In this document: piece after piece, positions 43,337 to 52,998 of the stretch
Position numbering within the stretch: the first letter of the stretch is position 1
Layout of the letters: each line of letters begins with the position of its first letter
Source: a virus
Length of the DNA stretch: 64,000 nt
Virus record (IMG/VR): IMGVR_UViG_3300040770_000057
Coordinates: 1 to 64,000 of that record
Reading direction: 5' to 3' (one strand)
The notes under the pieces: model-generated
Told to the model about the DNA's origin: nothing
The model's input: the letters and a program-made list of their open reading frames with translations, nothing else
Databases searched by the model: none
Translations under genes and position numbers: made by a program

Positions 43337-45952
43337 ATGAGCTACCAGATATTCACCGACACACTGCAATCAGATTATCCAATCTGTATTCTGTCCCTTC
43401 GGCTGATCAAAGCAGATCTGGAAAAATACTACATCACGCCCTTCGGTTTGGATCCAAGTGCATTCATTGCAATGGATATGTTTGCCCATCCCGGCAAAAA
43501 GAAAACCCCTGTTGCTGACATGAAGCAATACATCCTTGAGGAACTGGTTCCTGAATGGAAAGCTCTCGGTGTGAAATACATCGTCTGCACCAACTCAGAC
43601 TACTTCAAGGTACTGACCAAAGCAGCCAAGGTAGATGCCTCTGTAGGCTTCGTGCTTGACTGCGTGTTCGGCCCTTGGAAAGTAATCTACGTTCCACCAA
43701 GCCAGCAGATCTTTTTTGATCCAGCAAAAGTCAAGGAGAAGATCGACATTGGTATGCAGTCGATTATTGCTTTTGAAGAACAGCGATACATCCCTCCCGG
43801 TGCAAATATTATGGAGTTTGCTGAGTATCCAAAAACCACTGCTGAAATCAAAGTGTGGCTCGACAAGCTCATGCAAATGGATGTTCCACTGGCAGTGGAT
43901 ATTGAAGCCTTCAGCCTCAAGCACCACGATGCAGGCATTGGAACTATCTGCTTTGCATGGAGCAAGACAGAAGGCATTGCCTTTCCCGTTGACTACGTAC
44001 CAATCGAAGGCGCTGAGTCTGCCCCCTATGGGGTGCAAGTCAGGAACCAAGAACTAAGGGACTTGCTACGGGCATTCTTTGAAAACTACAAACAAAAAAT
44101 CCGGTATCACGGTATCTCCTACGATGCCTATGTCCTGATTTACCAACTGTTCATGACAGATATTCTGGACACAGAAGGAACTCTTGTCGGCATGGAAACC
44201 ATGCTCAAGAATTGGGATGACACACTGCTCATCACGTATCTAGCAACGAACAGTTGTGCTGGGAACAAACTCAGCTTGAAGGAGCAAGCTCAAGAATATG
44301 CTGGCAACTGGGCACAGTCTGACATTGAGGACATAACCAAAATCCCACTGGACAAACTGCTCAAGTACAACTTGATCGACGGCCTCTCAACACAGTATGT
44401 GTATGAGAAAAACCATCCAATCATGGTGGCTGACGAACAAGAAGAACTGTACGAAGGACTGTTCAAACAAGCTACAGCAGACATTATCCAGATGCAGTTG
44501 ACGGGTATGCCCATCAACATCAAACGGGTAGCTGAAGTCAAAGTCATTCTGCAAGCAGATGAAGCACAAGCACTGAATGAGATTGCATCAACTTCTCTTG
44601 TGGCTCGTATCGAAGCAAAGATGAATGCTGAATGGGTTGATAAACGTAACAGTGAACTGGTCAAGAAGCGAGTAACCCTTGCTGATGCCAACTGCAAGTT
44701 CAATCCCAACTCGGGACCACAACTGCAATCACTGCTGTTTGATGAACTGAAGCTGCCAGTGCTGGACTTCACCAAGACCAAGCAACCAGCGACAGGCATG
44801 GAGACACTGACTAATCTGATCAATCACACGACTGATCCTGAAGTCATTACCTTCCTGAAAGCGATGGTCAACTACAGTGCTGTGAACAAAATTCTCACGA
44901 GTTTTATTCCTGCATTTGAAAAAGCAGTGCTTGGAAAAGATGGCTGGCACTACCTATTTGGTTCATTCAAATTGGGTGGCACTGTCTCAGGTAGGTTGTC
45001 TTCCAGAGAACCTAACTTGCAGAACCTGCCAGCTACCAAATCCAAGTATGCCAAGCTGATCAAAAGCTGCTTTGAAGCTCCACCGGGCTGGCTCTTTGCA
45101 GGACTGGACTACAACTCATTGGAGGACAGAATCTCAGCATTGACTACCAAAGATCCCAACAAGCTGAAGGTTTACACCGATGGTTATGACGGACACTCAA
45201 TGAGGGCATTTGCTTACTTCGGTGATCAGATGCCTGACATTGTGGACACCGTTGAATCCATCAACACGATTGCTGAAAAAACCAGCAAGTACGGCCCACT
45301 AAGGCAAGACTCTAAAGCGCCTACCTTTGCTTTAACTTATCAGGGTACTTACAAAACCTTGATGAAGAATTGTGGTTTCCCTATCGAGAAAGCGTTGTCA
45401 GTAGAGAAACGCTATCACGACTTGTACGTAGTCAGTGATCAATGGGTAAAAACCAAGATCGACATGGCGTGCAGAGAGGGCTACATCACAGCAGCTTTCG
45501 GGCTGCGTGTTCGTACCCCTATGCTGCATCAGGTGATCCTTGGGAACCGCAAGACACCGTTTGAAGCCGAAGCTGAGGGACGCACTGCTGGAAACGCTCT
45601 GGGGCAGTCCTGGTGCCTTTTGAACAACCGTTCAAGCGCAGAGTTCATGGCCAAGGTGAGACAGTCTGAGTTCAGGACTTCAATCCGTCCATGTGCTCAG
45701 GTCCATGATGCGTTTTACATGCTGATGAAAGACGACATAGAAAGTTTGTCTTTCACCAACAAATATCTAGTGGAAGCCGTACAATGGCAAGATCATCCAG
45801 ATATTTGGCATGACCAAGTAAAGCTGAACGGTGAAGTGTCCGTGTTTTACCCGACATGGGCAGATGAGATCGTTATCCCAAACAACATTTCTGATGATGA
45901 AATTGTTGAAGTTGTGACCAAGGCAATGGCTCCAAAAAAGCCAAAGCCTTGA
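43337..45952 (+). CDS. family A DNA polymerase with 3'-5' exonuclease domain (N4 gp39-like)
   Basis: DIEAFSL and YNLIDG (exonuclease). GRLSSREPNLQNLP, LDYNSLEDRI (motif A), KAPTFALTYQG (motif B), QVHDAF (motif C). Confidence 0.9.
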   Translation: MSYQIFTDTLQSDYPICILSLRLIKADLEKYYITPFGLDPSAFIAMDMFAHPGKKKTPVADMKQYILEELVPEWKALGVKYIVCTNSDYFKVLTKAAKVDASVGFVLDCVFGPWKVIYVPPSQQIFFDPAKVKEKIDIGMQSIIAFEEQRYIPPGANIMEFAEYPKTTAEIKVWLDKLMQMDVPLAVDIEAFSLKHHDAGIGTICFAWSKTEGIAFPVDYVPIEGAESAPYGVQVRNQELRDLLRAFFENYKQKIRYHGISYDAYVLIYQLFMTDILDTEGTLVGMETMLKNWDDTLLITYLATNSCAGNKLSLKEQAQEYAGNWAQSDIEDITKIPLDKLLKYNLIDGLSTQYVYEKNHPIMVADEQEELYEGLFKQATADIIQMQLTGMPINIKRVAEVKVILQADEAQALNEIASTSLVARIEAKMNAEWVDKRNSELVKKRVTLADANCKFNPNSGPQLQSLLFDELKLPVLDFTKTKQPATGMETLTNLINHTTDPEVITFLKAMVNYSAVNKILTSFIPAFEKAVLGKDGWHYLFGSFKLGGTVSGRLSSREPNLQNLPATKSKYAKLIKSCFEAPPGWLFAGLDYNSLEDRISALTTKDPNKLKVYTDGYDGHSMRAFAYFGDQMPDIVDTVESINTIAEKTSKYGPLRQDSKAPTFALTYQGTYKTLMKNCGFPIEKALSVEKRYHDLYVVSDQWVKTKIDMACREGYITAAFGLRVRTPMLHQVILGNRKTPFEAEAEGRTAGNALGQSWCLLNNRSSAEFMAKVRQSEFRTSIRPCAQVHDAFYMLMKDDIESLSFTNKYLVEAVQWQDHPDIWHDQVKLNGEVSVFYPTWADEIVIPNNISDDEIVEVVTKAMAPKKPKP

Positions 45953-46002
45953 GTCATTTTCTTTGGGGAATTCCCCCCACAAATTGAACCAGAGAGAACC
46001 AA

Positions 46003-46329
46003 ATGAAGAAGCATTATTTCCTGATCGCCGCTGAGATCGTCTTCACCGGAAAAGGTGAGAACGATGGCTTGCAAAGCCTGCGTCTGAACGGTGTGACCAC
46101 CAACAAAGACAAGTCTTTCCCTGCTGCAATGATTGGCCGTGGTCAACAAGTTGCACAGATGCAGTTTTTCAAACGCATGGGTGAGCATGTAAATGAAGTT
46201 GAAGTACGTGATGTGGTACTAATCAACGTCAGCTACCTCGGTGAGTTCACGGAAGAAGAGTTCAACACTCTGCCTCCTGAAATGCAACCTCCTGCTCCCG
46301 GTGCAGCAAATGACTCAGCCAAGCAGTGA
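46003..46329 (+). CDS. hypothetical protein
   Basis: 108-aa ORF. Confidence 0.6.
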   Translation: MKKHYFLIAAEIVFTGKGENDGLQSLRLNGVTTNKDKSFPAAMIGRGQQVAQMQFFKRMGEHVNEVEVRDVVLINVSYLGEFTEEEFNTLPPEMQPPAPGAANDSAKQ

Positions 46330-46612
46330 TCTTCATAGTCCTGCTTTGTCTGGAGGTCGTGTTAATTACTATTTGGTTCGGGTGGATGATCCTCAACGTG
46401 AAGAACAGCAACCCTACCAAGCAGAATGCGAAGACATTATTCGAGCACTCAAAATGACCTTCGATGAAGGTTGTGAGTTCAAAGCCATTTGGCGTACTGC
46501 TGCTGGTCGATTGGGCAATGGCAAGCCAAATCAATCAGAAGTGTATGACGCTGAAAAGCGAATTCACTACGCCAAAGCATCCCTACGGCAAGCAGTCTTT
46601 GCTGCCAAATAA
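46310..46612 (+). CDS. DUF3310-like protein
   Basis: 100 aa from MTQPSSD. NYYLV..DIIRALKMTFDEGCEFKAIWR..GK...Y. pattern. Confidence 0.55.
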   Translation: MTQPSSDLHSPALSGGRVNYYLVRVDDPQREEQQPYQAECEDIIRALKMTFDEGCEFKAIWRTAAGRLGNGKPNQSEVYDAEKRIHYAKASLRQAVFAAK

Positions 46613-46613
46613 C

Positions 46614-46645
46614 AAAAACCACTGTCCCAATGACAGTGGTTTTTT
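46614..46645. terminator. intrinsic terminator (A-run/T-run flanked, potentially bidirectional)
   Basis: AAAAACCACTGTC-CCAAT-GACAGTGGTTTTT. Confidence 0.75.
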
Positions 46646-46663
46646 AACCTTCTGGAGATTTTC

Positions 46664-47632
46664 GTGAACTATTCAAACAACACCGACATTCCGTTGGCAT
46701 TGGCAGTCTGGGTACTGGCTGACAACTACGACTACAACAAAGACCAAGATTACATCTCGGCAACTGCACTGATGAAACCACTACGTCAGATCATTCTGAC
46801 TGGCCGTGTTGAAGGTGTATCAGTTCAGCCCGATGTGTCTGATCGTGTGGCATCCAGCATTGGTAATGCATTCCATGACTCCATTGAAAAAGCATGGAAG
46901 ACCAACCACCAAAAAGCACTGGCACAACTCGGCTATCCACAAAGCGTCATTGACCGTGTGCTGATCAATCCAACTGAGGCAGAACTTGCCAAAGTTGAAA
47001 GCCCAATCCCCGTGTACATCGAACAACGTGCTGTAAAGCAAGTGGGCAAATGGAAAGTCGGTGGCAAGTTCGACATTATCATTGATGGGGTATTGCACGA
47101 CAACAAAAGCACCTCTGCCTACGTTTGGTTGTTTGGCTCTCGTGATGATGAGCATTCACGACAAGGCAGCATCTATCGCTGGTTGAACCCAGAGAAGGTG
47201 AGCGAAGACATTATTCGCATCAACTACATCTTCACTGACTGGAAGCGTGTTGATGCAATGTCCAACCCTGACTATCCACAACAGCGTTTGCTGCACAAAG
47301 ATATTCCACTGACCTCTATCCAAGAGACTCAGGGATGGGTTGAAAACAAACTGGCTTTGATAGAGCGTTTTATGAATGCTCCTGAAAAGGATATTCCTGA
47401 ATGCACTGATGAAGAACTGTGGCTACCAGCCCCTGTCTTCAAGTTCTATTCAGATCCAACGAAGATCACAGGCCGTAGCACCAAGAACTTCAAAACTCTT
47501 GGCGAAGCAAACAGCTTTCACCAGTCCAAAGGTAAGGGTGTAGTCATCCCTATCGTTGGCTCTCCAAAACGATGTGGCTATTGCAGTGCATTTGATGCCT
47601 GCACACAAAAAGACAGGTACAACCATGATTGA
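46664..47632 (+). CDS. PD-(D/E)XK nuclease with C-terminal Cys cluster (Cas4/RecB-like)
   Basis: GTG start with GGAG SD. FDIIIDGVLHDNKST (D..D.K). CGYCSAFDAC near the C-terminus. Confidence 0.55.
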   Translation: MNYSNNTDIPLALAVWVLADNYDYNKDQDYISATALMKPLRQIILTGRVEGVSVQPDVSDRVASSIGNAFHDSIEKAWKTNHQKALAQLGYPQSVIDRVLINPTEAELAKVESPIPVYIEQRAVKQVGKWKVGGKFDIIIDGVLHDNKSTSAYVWLFGSRDDEHSRQGSIYRWLNPEKVSEDIIRINYIFTDWKRVDAMSNPDYPQQRLLHKDIPLTSIQETQGWVENKLALIERFMNAPEKDIPECTDEELWLPAPVFKFYSDPTKITGRSTKNFKTLGEANSFHQSKGKGVVIPIVGSPKRCGYCSAFDACTQKDRYNHD

Positions 47633-49775
47633 TTTACAAGGCGTCCAACATCATCCAGCAATCGAAGACATTGTTGATGTGCTGTGTTCCAAAACCCAGA
47701 ACACCGACAAGGGATTCTTCCGTGTCGAAGTGGCCTACTTCCTTGGGAAGATGGCAGGCAACATGCGTGCAACCATCGTCACCAAAGACCGTGGTGAAAT
47801 CCCTGTAAACATCTACGCTCTTGCCCTTGGTTCATCTGGTTACGGCAAAGGCCATTCCGTGAACATCATGGAAGAGCAGTTCATCAAAGGCTTCAAGAAG
47901 CGTTTCATGGAAGACACTTTGCCCGTCATTGCCGAAGTCCACTTGTGGGAAATGGCCAATGAACGTGCTGTCAAAAACTCCAGTGAACCACAGGAAGAAT
48001 TTGACAAGGTAGCTGCTGAGTTCAAGCGTGCTGGTGCCTACCCATTCACGTTTGACTCAGGCACAGCCCCTGCTGTGAAGCAGCTACGCAACAAGCTTCA
48101 GCTTGCCAACTGTGGCTCTATCAATCTTCAGATTGACGAGATCGGTTCCAACCTTGTCAGCAACGTCGAAGTGTTGAATCTGTTCCTTGAGTTGTATGAC
48201 CAAGGTTTGGTTAAGCAAAAGCTGACCAAGAACACAGCCGAGAACACTCGTGCTGAAGAGATGGACGGTAAGACCCCAACCAACATGCTGCTGTTCGGTA
48301 CACCCGGCAAGCTGCTTGACGGTGGGCAAACAGAAGATCAGTTCTATTCCTTTCTGGAAACTGGCTACGCTCGTCGTTGCCTGTTCGGTATTGGGAACCA
48401 TGATCGGAAAGCCTTTAACACTCAGACCCCTGAAGAAATTTATGAGCGTCTGATTCAGCCGAGCAATTCAACCAACGTCAACAAGTGGGCAGCACAGTTT
48501 CACAAGCTGGCTGCTGCTGATATGTACGGCTGGAAGATGGTAGTGCCTGACGCAGTAGCAATCCGACTGCTCACGTACAAGATCGCTTGCGAACGCATTG
48601 CTGACGAAATGGCAGACCATGCTGAGATCCGTAAAGCAGAACTGAGCCATCGCTACTTCAAGGCACTGAAACTTGCTGGTGCATACGCCTTCATTGATGA
48701 AAGTCTTGAAGTCGAGATGGAACATCTGATGCAGGCAATCCTGCTGGTCGAAGAATCAGGCAACGCTTTTCAAAGCATCCTGAACCGTGAGAAAACCTAT
48801 GTGAAACTCGCTCGCTACATTGCAAGCGTGGACACTGATGTGACTCATGCTGACCTGTTGGAAGCACTGCCGTTCTACAAGAGTGGTAACGCTGCACGTA
48901 ATGAACAGATCACTCTGGCAATTGCGTGGGGCTACAAGCAACACATCCTGATCAAGAAAACGTATGTCGATGGCATCGAATTCTTCCGTGGTGAGAAGCT
49001 GAAAGAAACCAATTTGGACGAGATCATGCTGTCTTACAGCCAAAGTTGGGCCTACGACTTTGAATCAGAAAGTGTGCCGTTTACCGAGCTACACAACATG
49101 ACCCAAGTGAATGGAATTCATTGGGCCAATCACCACTTCAAGGGCGGTCATCGCTCTGAAGAAAATGCAATCAGTGGATTCAACATTGTTGTCATCGACG
49201 TTGATGGTGGAGTGTCTTTAGACACTTGCCATGAACTGTTGAAGGACTACAAATTCATGACGTACACGACGAAGCGAAGCACACCTGAAGAAAACAGGTT
49301 TCGGCTGATCTTGCCAATCAATTACGTTTTGGAATTGGACTCCGATGACTACAAGGAATTCATGAATTCTTTGATGGAATGGCTTCCGTTTAAGACGGAC
49401 GAGTCAGCGAACCAACGTGCAAAGAAATGGGAATGCTTTGACGGTGAGTTCTACTACAACTTGGAAGGCGAAATGCTGGATGCATTGGCATTCATCCCAA
49501 AGACCACCAAGAATGAACAGCACAAGCAGGCCATGCAAACGGTAGCTTCACTGGACAACTTGGATCGTTGGTTTGCTCAGCGTATTGCTACAGGCAATCG
49601 GAACAGTCACATGATCCGTTATGCACTGGCGCTCGTTGACAGTGGTATGGATTTGATTACTGTGCAAAAGCAAGTTCATGCATTCAACCAGAAGATGAAC
49701 AACCCACTGCCAGTTGATGAAATCGACGCTACTGTGATGCAGACAGTGGCCAAGAGATTCAGTATGCATCCTTGA
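47625..49775 (+). CDS. DNA primase (N4 gp43 position)
   Basis: 716 aa from MIDLQGV (overlaps the upstream stop). GSSGYGKG is P-loop-like. VVIDVDGG...RFRLILP is a primase-type acidic motif. Confidence 0.6.
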   Translation: MIDLQGVQHHPAIEDIVDVLCSKTQNTDKGFFRVEVAYFLGKMAGNMRATIVTKDRGEIPVNIYALALGSSGYGKGHSVNIMEEQFIKGFKKRFMEDTLPVIAEVHLWEMANERAVKNSSEPQEEFDKVAAEFKRAGAYPFTFDSGTAPAVKQLRNKLQLANCGSINLQIDEIGSNLVSNVEVLNLFLELYDQGLVKQKLTKNTAENTRAEEMDGKTPTNMLLFGTPGKLLDGGQTEDQFYSFLETGYARRCLFGIGNHDRKAFNTQTPEEIYERLIQPSNSTNVNKWAAQFHKLAAADMYGWKMVVPDAVAIRLLTYKIACERIADEMADHAEIRKAELSHRYFKALKLAGAYAFIDESLEVEMEHLMQAILLVEESGNAFQSILNREKTYVKLARYIASVDTDVTHADLLEALPFYKSGNAARNEQITLAIAWGYKQHILIKKTYVDGIEFFRGEKLKETNLDEIMLSYSQSWAYDFESESVPFTELHNMTQVNGIHWANHHFKGGHRSEENAISGFNIVVIDVDGGVSLDTCHELLKDYKFMTYTTKRSTPEENRFRLILPINYVLELDSDDYKEFMNSLMEWLPFKTDESANQRAKKWECFDGEFYYNLEGEMLDALAFIPKTTKNEQHKQAMQTVASLDNLDRWFAQRIATGNRNSHMIRYALALVDSGMDLITVQKQVHAFNQKMNNPLPVDEIDATVMQTVAKRFSMHP

Positions 49776-49785
49776 AAGGTGTGCC

Positions 49786-50133
49786 ATGGAACCATACGTG
49801 TTAACCCCGCAAGATCTGGTCAGCATAACTATGTTAGATCTTGCTAAAGGTACGTCTAAATTCTTGCCCAAGCAACAGCAGATTCCAGAAGAATTTTACA
49901 GAGGCAACGTGTACACACAAGTTGTCGAAGCAATCTACTTTGAGGATCCGCTTCCAGCAGGGCTGGTAAAAATTCGCCCTGAATTTCAACTTCCAAACGC
50001 CATCAGACAAATGCAAATATTTGTCTTGGGTCATTTGCGTTCTACGGAACCAACGCATGAACACAAAATTGCAGGAGTGAGCTACATGCTGCATAAGATG
50101 GCCGAATTTTGTTTAACAGAAAGCTACACATGA
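49786..50133 (+). CDS. hypothetical protein
   Basis: 115-aa ORF. Confidence 0.55.
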   Translation: MEPYVLTPQDLVSITMLDLAKGTSKFLPKQQQIPEEFYRGNVYTQVVEAIYFEDPLPAGLVKIRPEFQLPNAIRQMQIFVLGHLRSTEPTHEHKIAGVSYMLHKMAEFCLTESYT

Positions 50134-50873
50134 CAGAAGAAGTTATTACTGCGACAGCCGATCAACTGATTGCCATTGTGGGTTACTCCACTGCTGGTAA
50201 ATCAGCATCGCTTCGCAACATCAGGAACCAAGGGAAGTGGTTGTATGTCAATTGTGAGTCAGGCAAACGTCTGCCTTTCAAGAACCAGTTCAACACAGTC
50301 ACCATCACGGATCCTATGCACGTACACGAGTACTTGCAGGAATGCATTGATAACCCCGATGAAATCGAAGGTGTCATCATCGACTCAATTACTTTCCTCA
50401 TGGAAATGTATGAGAGCGTGTATGTAGTCAACTCGGCCAACACAATGGCTGCGTGGGGTGCATACCAACAGTTCTTCAAGAAGATCATGCAAGAGCTGAT
50501 CCCAAAGCTGAACAAACCTGTCATCATCATTGCCCACGTTAAAGACGAGCTTGATGAGAAGAACATGGAAATGAAGACTTCAATCCCTGTGAAGGGATCG
50601 CTGAAGAACAATGGCATCGAAGCCTACTTCACAACCGTGGTCGCTGCCAAGAAAATCTCCCTCAAGGAGTTAGAAAAGTATTCGTCAGGGATGTTGACCA
50701 TCACTGATGAAGAAAAGGAATTGGGATTCAAACACGTATTCCAAACCCGCCACACAAAGGCAACGACAGGAGAGCGAATCCGTTCTCCGATGGGCATGTT
50801 TGAGCGTACTGAAACGTATGTGGATAACGATGCTCAGATCCTGTTGGATCACCTCAAGTCTTTTTACGGCTGA
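50130..50873 (+). CDS. Sak4/AAA_24-like ATPase (N4 gp44 position)
   Basis: 247 aa from MTEEVIT (ATGA overlap). IVGYSTAGKS (Walker A) and VIIDSITFL (Walker B). Confidence 0.7.
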   Translation: MTEEVITATADQLIAIVGYSTAGKSASLRNIRNQGKWLYVNCESGKRLPFKNQFNTVTITDPMHVHEYLQECIDNPDEIEGVIIDSITFLMEMYESVYVVNSANTMAAWGAYQQFFKKIMQELIPKLNKPVIIIAHVKDELDEKNMEMKTSIPVKGSLKNNGIEAYFTTVVAAKKISLKELEKYSSGMLTITDEEKELGFKHVFQTRHTKATTGERIRSPMGMFERTETYVDNDAQILLDHLKSFYG

Positions 50874-50937
50874 AATCGTTCAGCAAAAAGACAAACTTCA
50901 ACCTTGAAAAATCAACCTGAAAACGAAAGCAAAAATC

Positions 50938-51687
50938 ATGAACTTATTTGGCAACCTCAGCACTGAAGGACTTGAGCAAGCAGAAGACCGCCTTGGTGGT
51001 TTCACTGTTCACGGCACTGACATTTACGACTCCACTGTCAAAGCCATGTACGCTGGCGAATCTGATGGTGGTGCTCTGAGTGTCACCGTTGTCCTGCAAT
51101 TGCCCGGTGGGAAGGAGTACAGCGAAACGGTGTACATCACCAACAAGCAGAAGCAAAACTTCTTCTTGAACAAGCAGGACAAGACGAAGAAAGTCCCACT
51201 CCCAGGCTTCACGCTGATCGAAGACATTTGCCTGATCGCATCTGGCAAGCCACTGTCTGAGCAGACTACCGAAGAAAAAACGGTCAACACTTACAACAAG
51301 GATCTGAAGAAGCAAGTCCCAACCGTGGTTCCCATGTTGGTGGATTGCATCGGCGGCACTCTGTCTGTGGCCATCCTGAAGGTCTTGGAAAACAAGAACG
51401 TCAAGGACAGTTCTGGCACGTATCAGCCAACTGCTGAAGAGCGTGAAAGCAACCGCATTGACAAGGTGTTCGACACTGGCTCCAAGATGACAGTGTTGGA
51501 AGCCAAGTCCGGTGCGACTGAAGCCAAGTTCTGGGATGGCTGGTCCGACAAGAACAAGGACAAAACCCGTGATGAACGTAAGATCAAAAACGGTCAAGGC
51601 GCTGTCGCTGGTAAAGCATCTGCTGGTGTCCCACAAGCTGGCGGTGCTGCTCCTGCTCGTGTTGGCCTGTTCGGCAAAAAGGCGTAA
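50938..51687 (+). CDS. single-stranded DNA-binding protein (N4 gp45 position)
   Basis: 249 aa, Gly/Ala-rich C-tail ending RVGLFGKKA. Call is based mainly on gene order. Confidence 0.5.
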   Translation: MNLFGNLSTEGLEQAEDRLGGFTVHGTDIYDSTVKAMYAGESDGGALSVTVVLQLPGGKEYSETVYITNKQKQNFFLNKQDKTKKVPLPGFTLIEDICLIASGKPLSEQTTEEKTVNTYNKDLKKQVPTVVPMLVDCIGGTLSVAILKVLENKNVKDSSGTYQPTAEERESNRIDKVFDTGSKMTVLEAKSGATEAKFWDGWSDKNKDKTRDERKIKNGQGAVAGKASAGVPQAGGAAPARVGLFGKKA

Positions 51688-51690
51688 ATC

Positions 51691-52248
51691 ATGCCTGATC
51701 AACTTCTTGAACCCAGAGAGGTTGATCCTCCCCAAAGTTGGACAGTATCACTACCTTTGCGTGTGATGGTGTCCAAGAAGAAAGACTTCTTGCTCAACTT
51801 GAATGTCTATAGAAATGCAAACTTCCGAATCTTAGCTACTGCGAAGATTAACTATGCCAAGGCTATTCTTCCCTTGGTTCGGCATTTGCCAAAGATGGAG
51901 ATGATCGGTTTAACTTACCGACTGTTTCCAGCAAGTAAGCGTCTAGCTGATGTTGCCAACATCTGCTGTATTGTTGATAAGTTCTTCAGTGATACGTTAG
52001 TTGAAGTTGGTTGCATCAGTGATGACAATTACACAATTGTTCCCTATGTGGAATTCAAGATGGGTGAGGTTGATCCAACTAATCCCAGAGTTGAAGCCAC
52101 AATTTGTCTGTTCCACCAACCCGTAAATCCAAGTGATAAAAGGAAAAATGATGCGTATTACCCTGAACCAGATCGAGATCGAACTCGCACTGAAGAACTA
52201 TGTGAACAAGCTGCTGAGTGTGCAGGATGGGATCGACATGACGATTGA
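51691..52248 (+). CDS. RusA-like Holliday junction resolvase
   Basis: NVYRNANF and RLADVANICCIVDKFFSDTLVEVGCISDDNYTIV resemble RusA DxDN..K..D.L...G...DD..V. The 3' 100 nt overlap the next gene. Confidence 0.5.
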   Translation: MPDQLLEPREVDPPQSWTVSLPLRVMVSKKKDFLLNLNVYRNANFRILATAKINYAKAILPLVRHLPKMEMIGLTYRLFPASKRLADVANICCIVDKFFSDTLVEVGCISDDNYTIVPYVEFKMGEVDPTNPRVEATICLFHQPVNPSDKRKNDAYYPEPDRDRTRTEELCEQAAECAGWDRHDD

Positions 52249-52759
52249 CATCAAAGCCACTCGTGGCGAAGGTGGCATGACTGCTGAAATCGAACTCAGC
52301 GAAAACGTCAAAGCCTTGTCGGACAAGATCCCGGCTACTCCGGTGAATCGTTCTGCCCAAACTCTTCAAGCTGCTGTGGCAACTCCTGCCGCTGTTGCTG
52401 CTCCGGTGCAGGTCACACAACCGACTGCAAGCGTCACACGGATCGTTCAACGCCCTGCTGCTACCCAAGCACCAGCCGAGTCTGCAACGGCTGCTGTAGG
52501 CTCTGGTATGCCCACTGCAACTGTGCAGGCAACCTCTGTGGATCTGACCAAGGAAGTCATGGCTGCTGAAGCTGGCAATGTGGCGGCTACTGTCAACACT
52601 GACGGCCCTGCTGCCCAAGATCCTCCTGCTGGCCCATCGTCAGGTGGAACAGTCGAGCAGCCTGCTGCTGTCACTGCACCAGTTGAAGTGGTGAAAAAGC
52701 CTGCTGTGGGTCTGTTCGCCAACCTGAAAAAGCCGGTCAACACACCGACTCCTGAGTAA
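52148..52759 (+). CDS. hypothetical protein with Ala/Pro/Thr-rich C-terminal two-thirds
   Basis: 203 aa from MMRITLNQ (AAAGGAAAA SD). Ends ...KKPAVGLFANLKKPVNTPTPE. Confidence 0.55.
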   Translation: MMRITLNQIEIELALKNYVNKLLSVQDGIDMTIDIKATRGEGGMTAEIELSENVKALSDKIPATPVNRSAQTLQAAVATPAAVAAPVQVTQPTASVTRIVQRPAATQAPAESATAAVGSGMPTATVQATSVDLTKEVMAAEAGNVAATVNTDGPAAQDPPAGPSSGGTVEQPAAVTAPVEVVKKPAVGLFANLKKPVNTPTPE

Positions 52760-52923
52760 TGAACTGGAAAGGATTCCTTTTAGTAGGGATCCTAGTTCTG
52801 GTAGCTGTGGTCTTACTAACCCTTGCTATCATTGCATCGGCTCCTTACTTAGCAATTTTGGTGTTGCTGGTCTTGCTCATCAAATGGTTCTACAAAAAAC
52901 CACCAGATGACAAGCTTCCATGA
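52759..52923 (+). CDS. 54-aa two-TM membrane protein
   Basis: Manual: MNWKGFLLVGILVLVAVVLLTLAIIASAPYLAILVLLVLLIKWFYKKPPDDKLP. TAATG overlap. Terminator downstream. Confidence 0.5.
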   Translation: MNWKGFLLVGILVLVAVVLLTLAIIASAPYLAILVLLVLLIKWFYKKPPDDKLP

Positions 52924-52924
52924 G

Positions 52925-52951
52925 AAAGGCCCACTTCGGTGGGCCTTTTTT
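52925..52951 (+). terminator. intrinsic terminator
   Basis: AAAGGCCCAC-TTCG-GTGGGCCTTT plus TTT. Confidence 0.8.
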
Positions 52952-52998
52952 ATCTCGGAGCTAACCTAAAAAACCCTTCTTCTGAAAGCTTCAATTAA

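Noticed and set aside
50944-51735. 263-aa minus-strand ORF opposite the SSB-position gene
   Set aside because: It mirrors a plus-strand gene that fits the operon (SD, spacing, gene order). The antisense frame has no SD and would be isolated among plus-strand genes.
52133-52248. 100-nt overlap between the RusA-like ORF and the next gene as a sign of frameshift or error
   Set aside because: No earlier in-frame stop and no slippery sequence were seen. The RusA core motifs end well before the overlap, so a long non-conserved tail or a slightly later start of the next gene is the simpler explanation.
52924-52998. Cobalamin riboswitch upstream of nrdJ
   Set aside because: Only 75 nt are available, mostly occupied by a terminator. 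This is far too short for a B12 riboswitch, and no B12-box-like sequence was seen.
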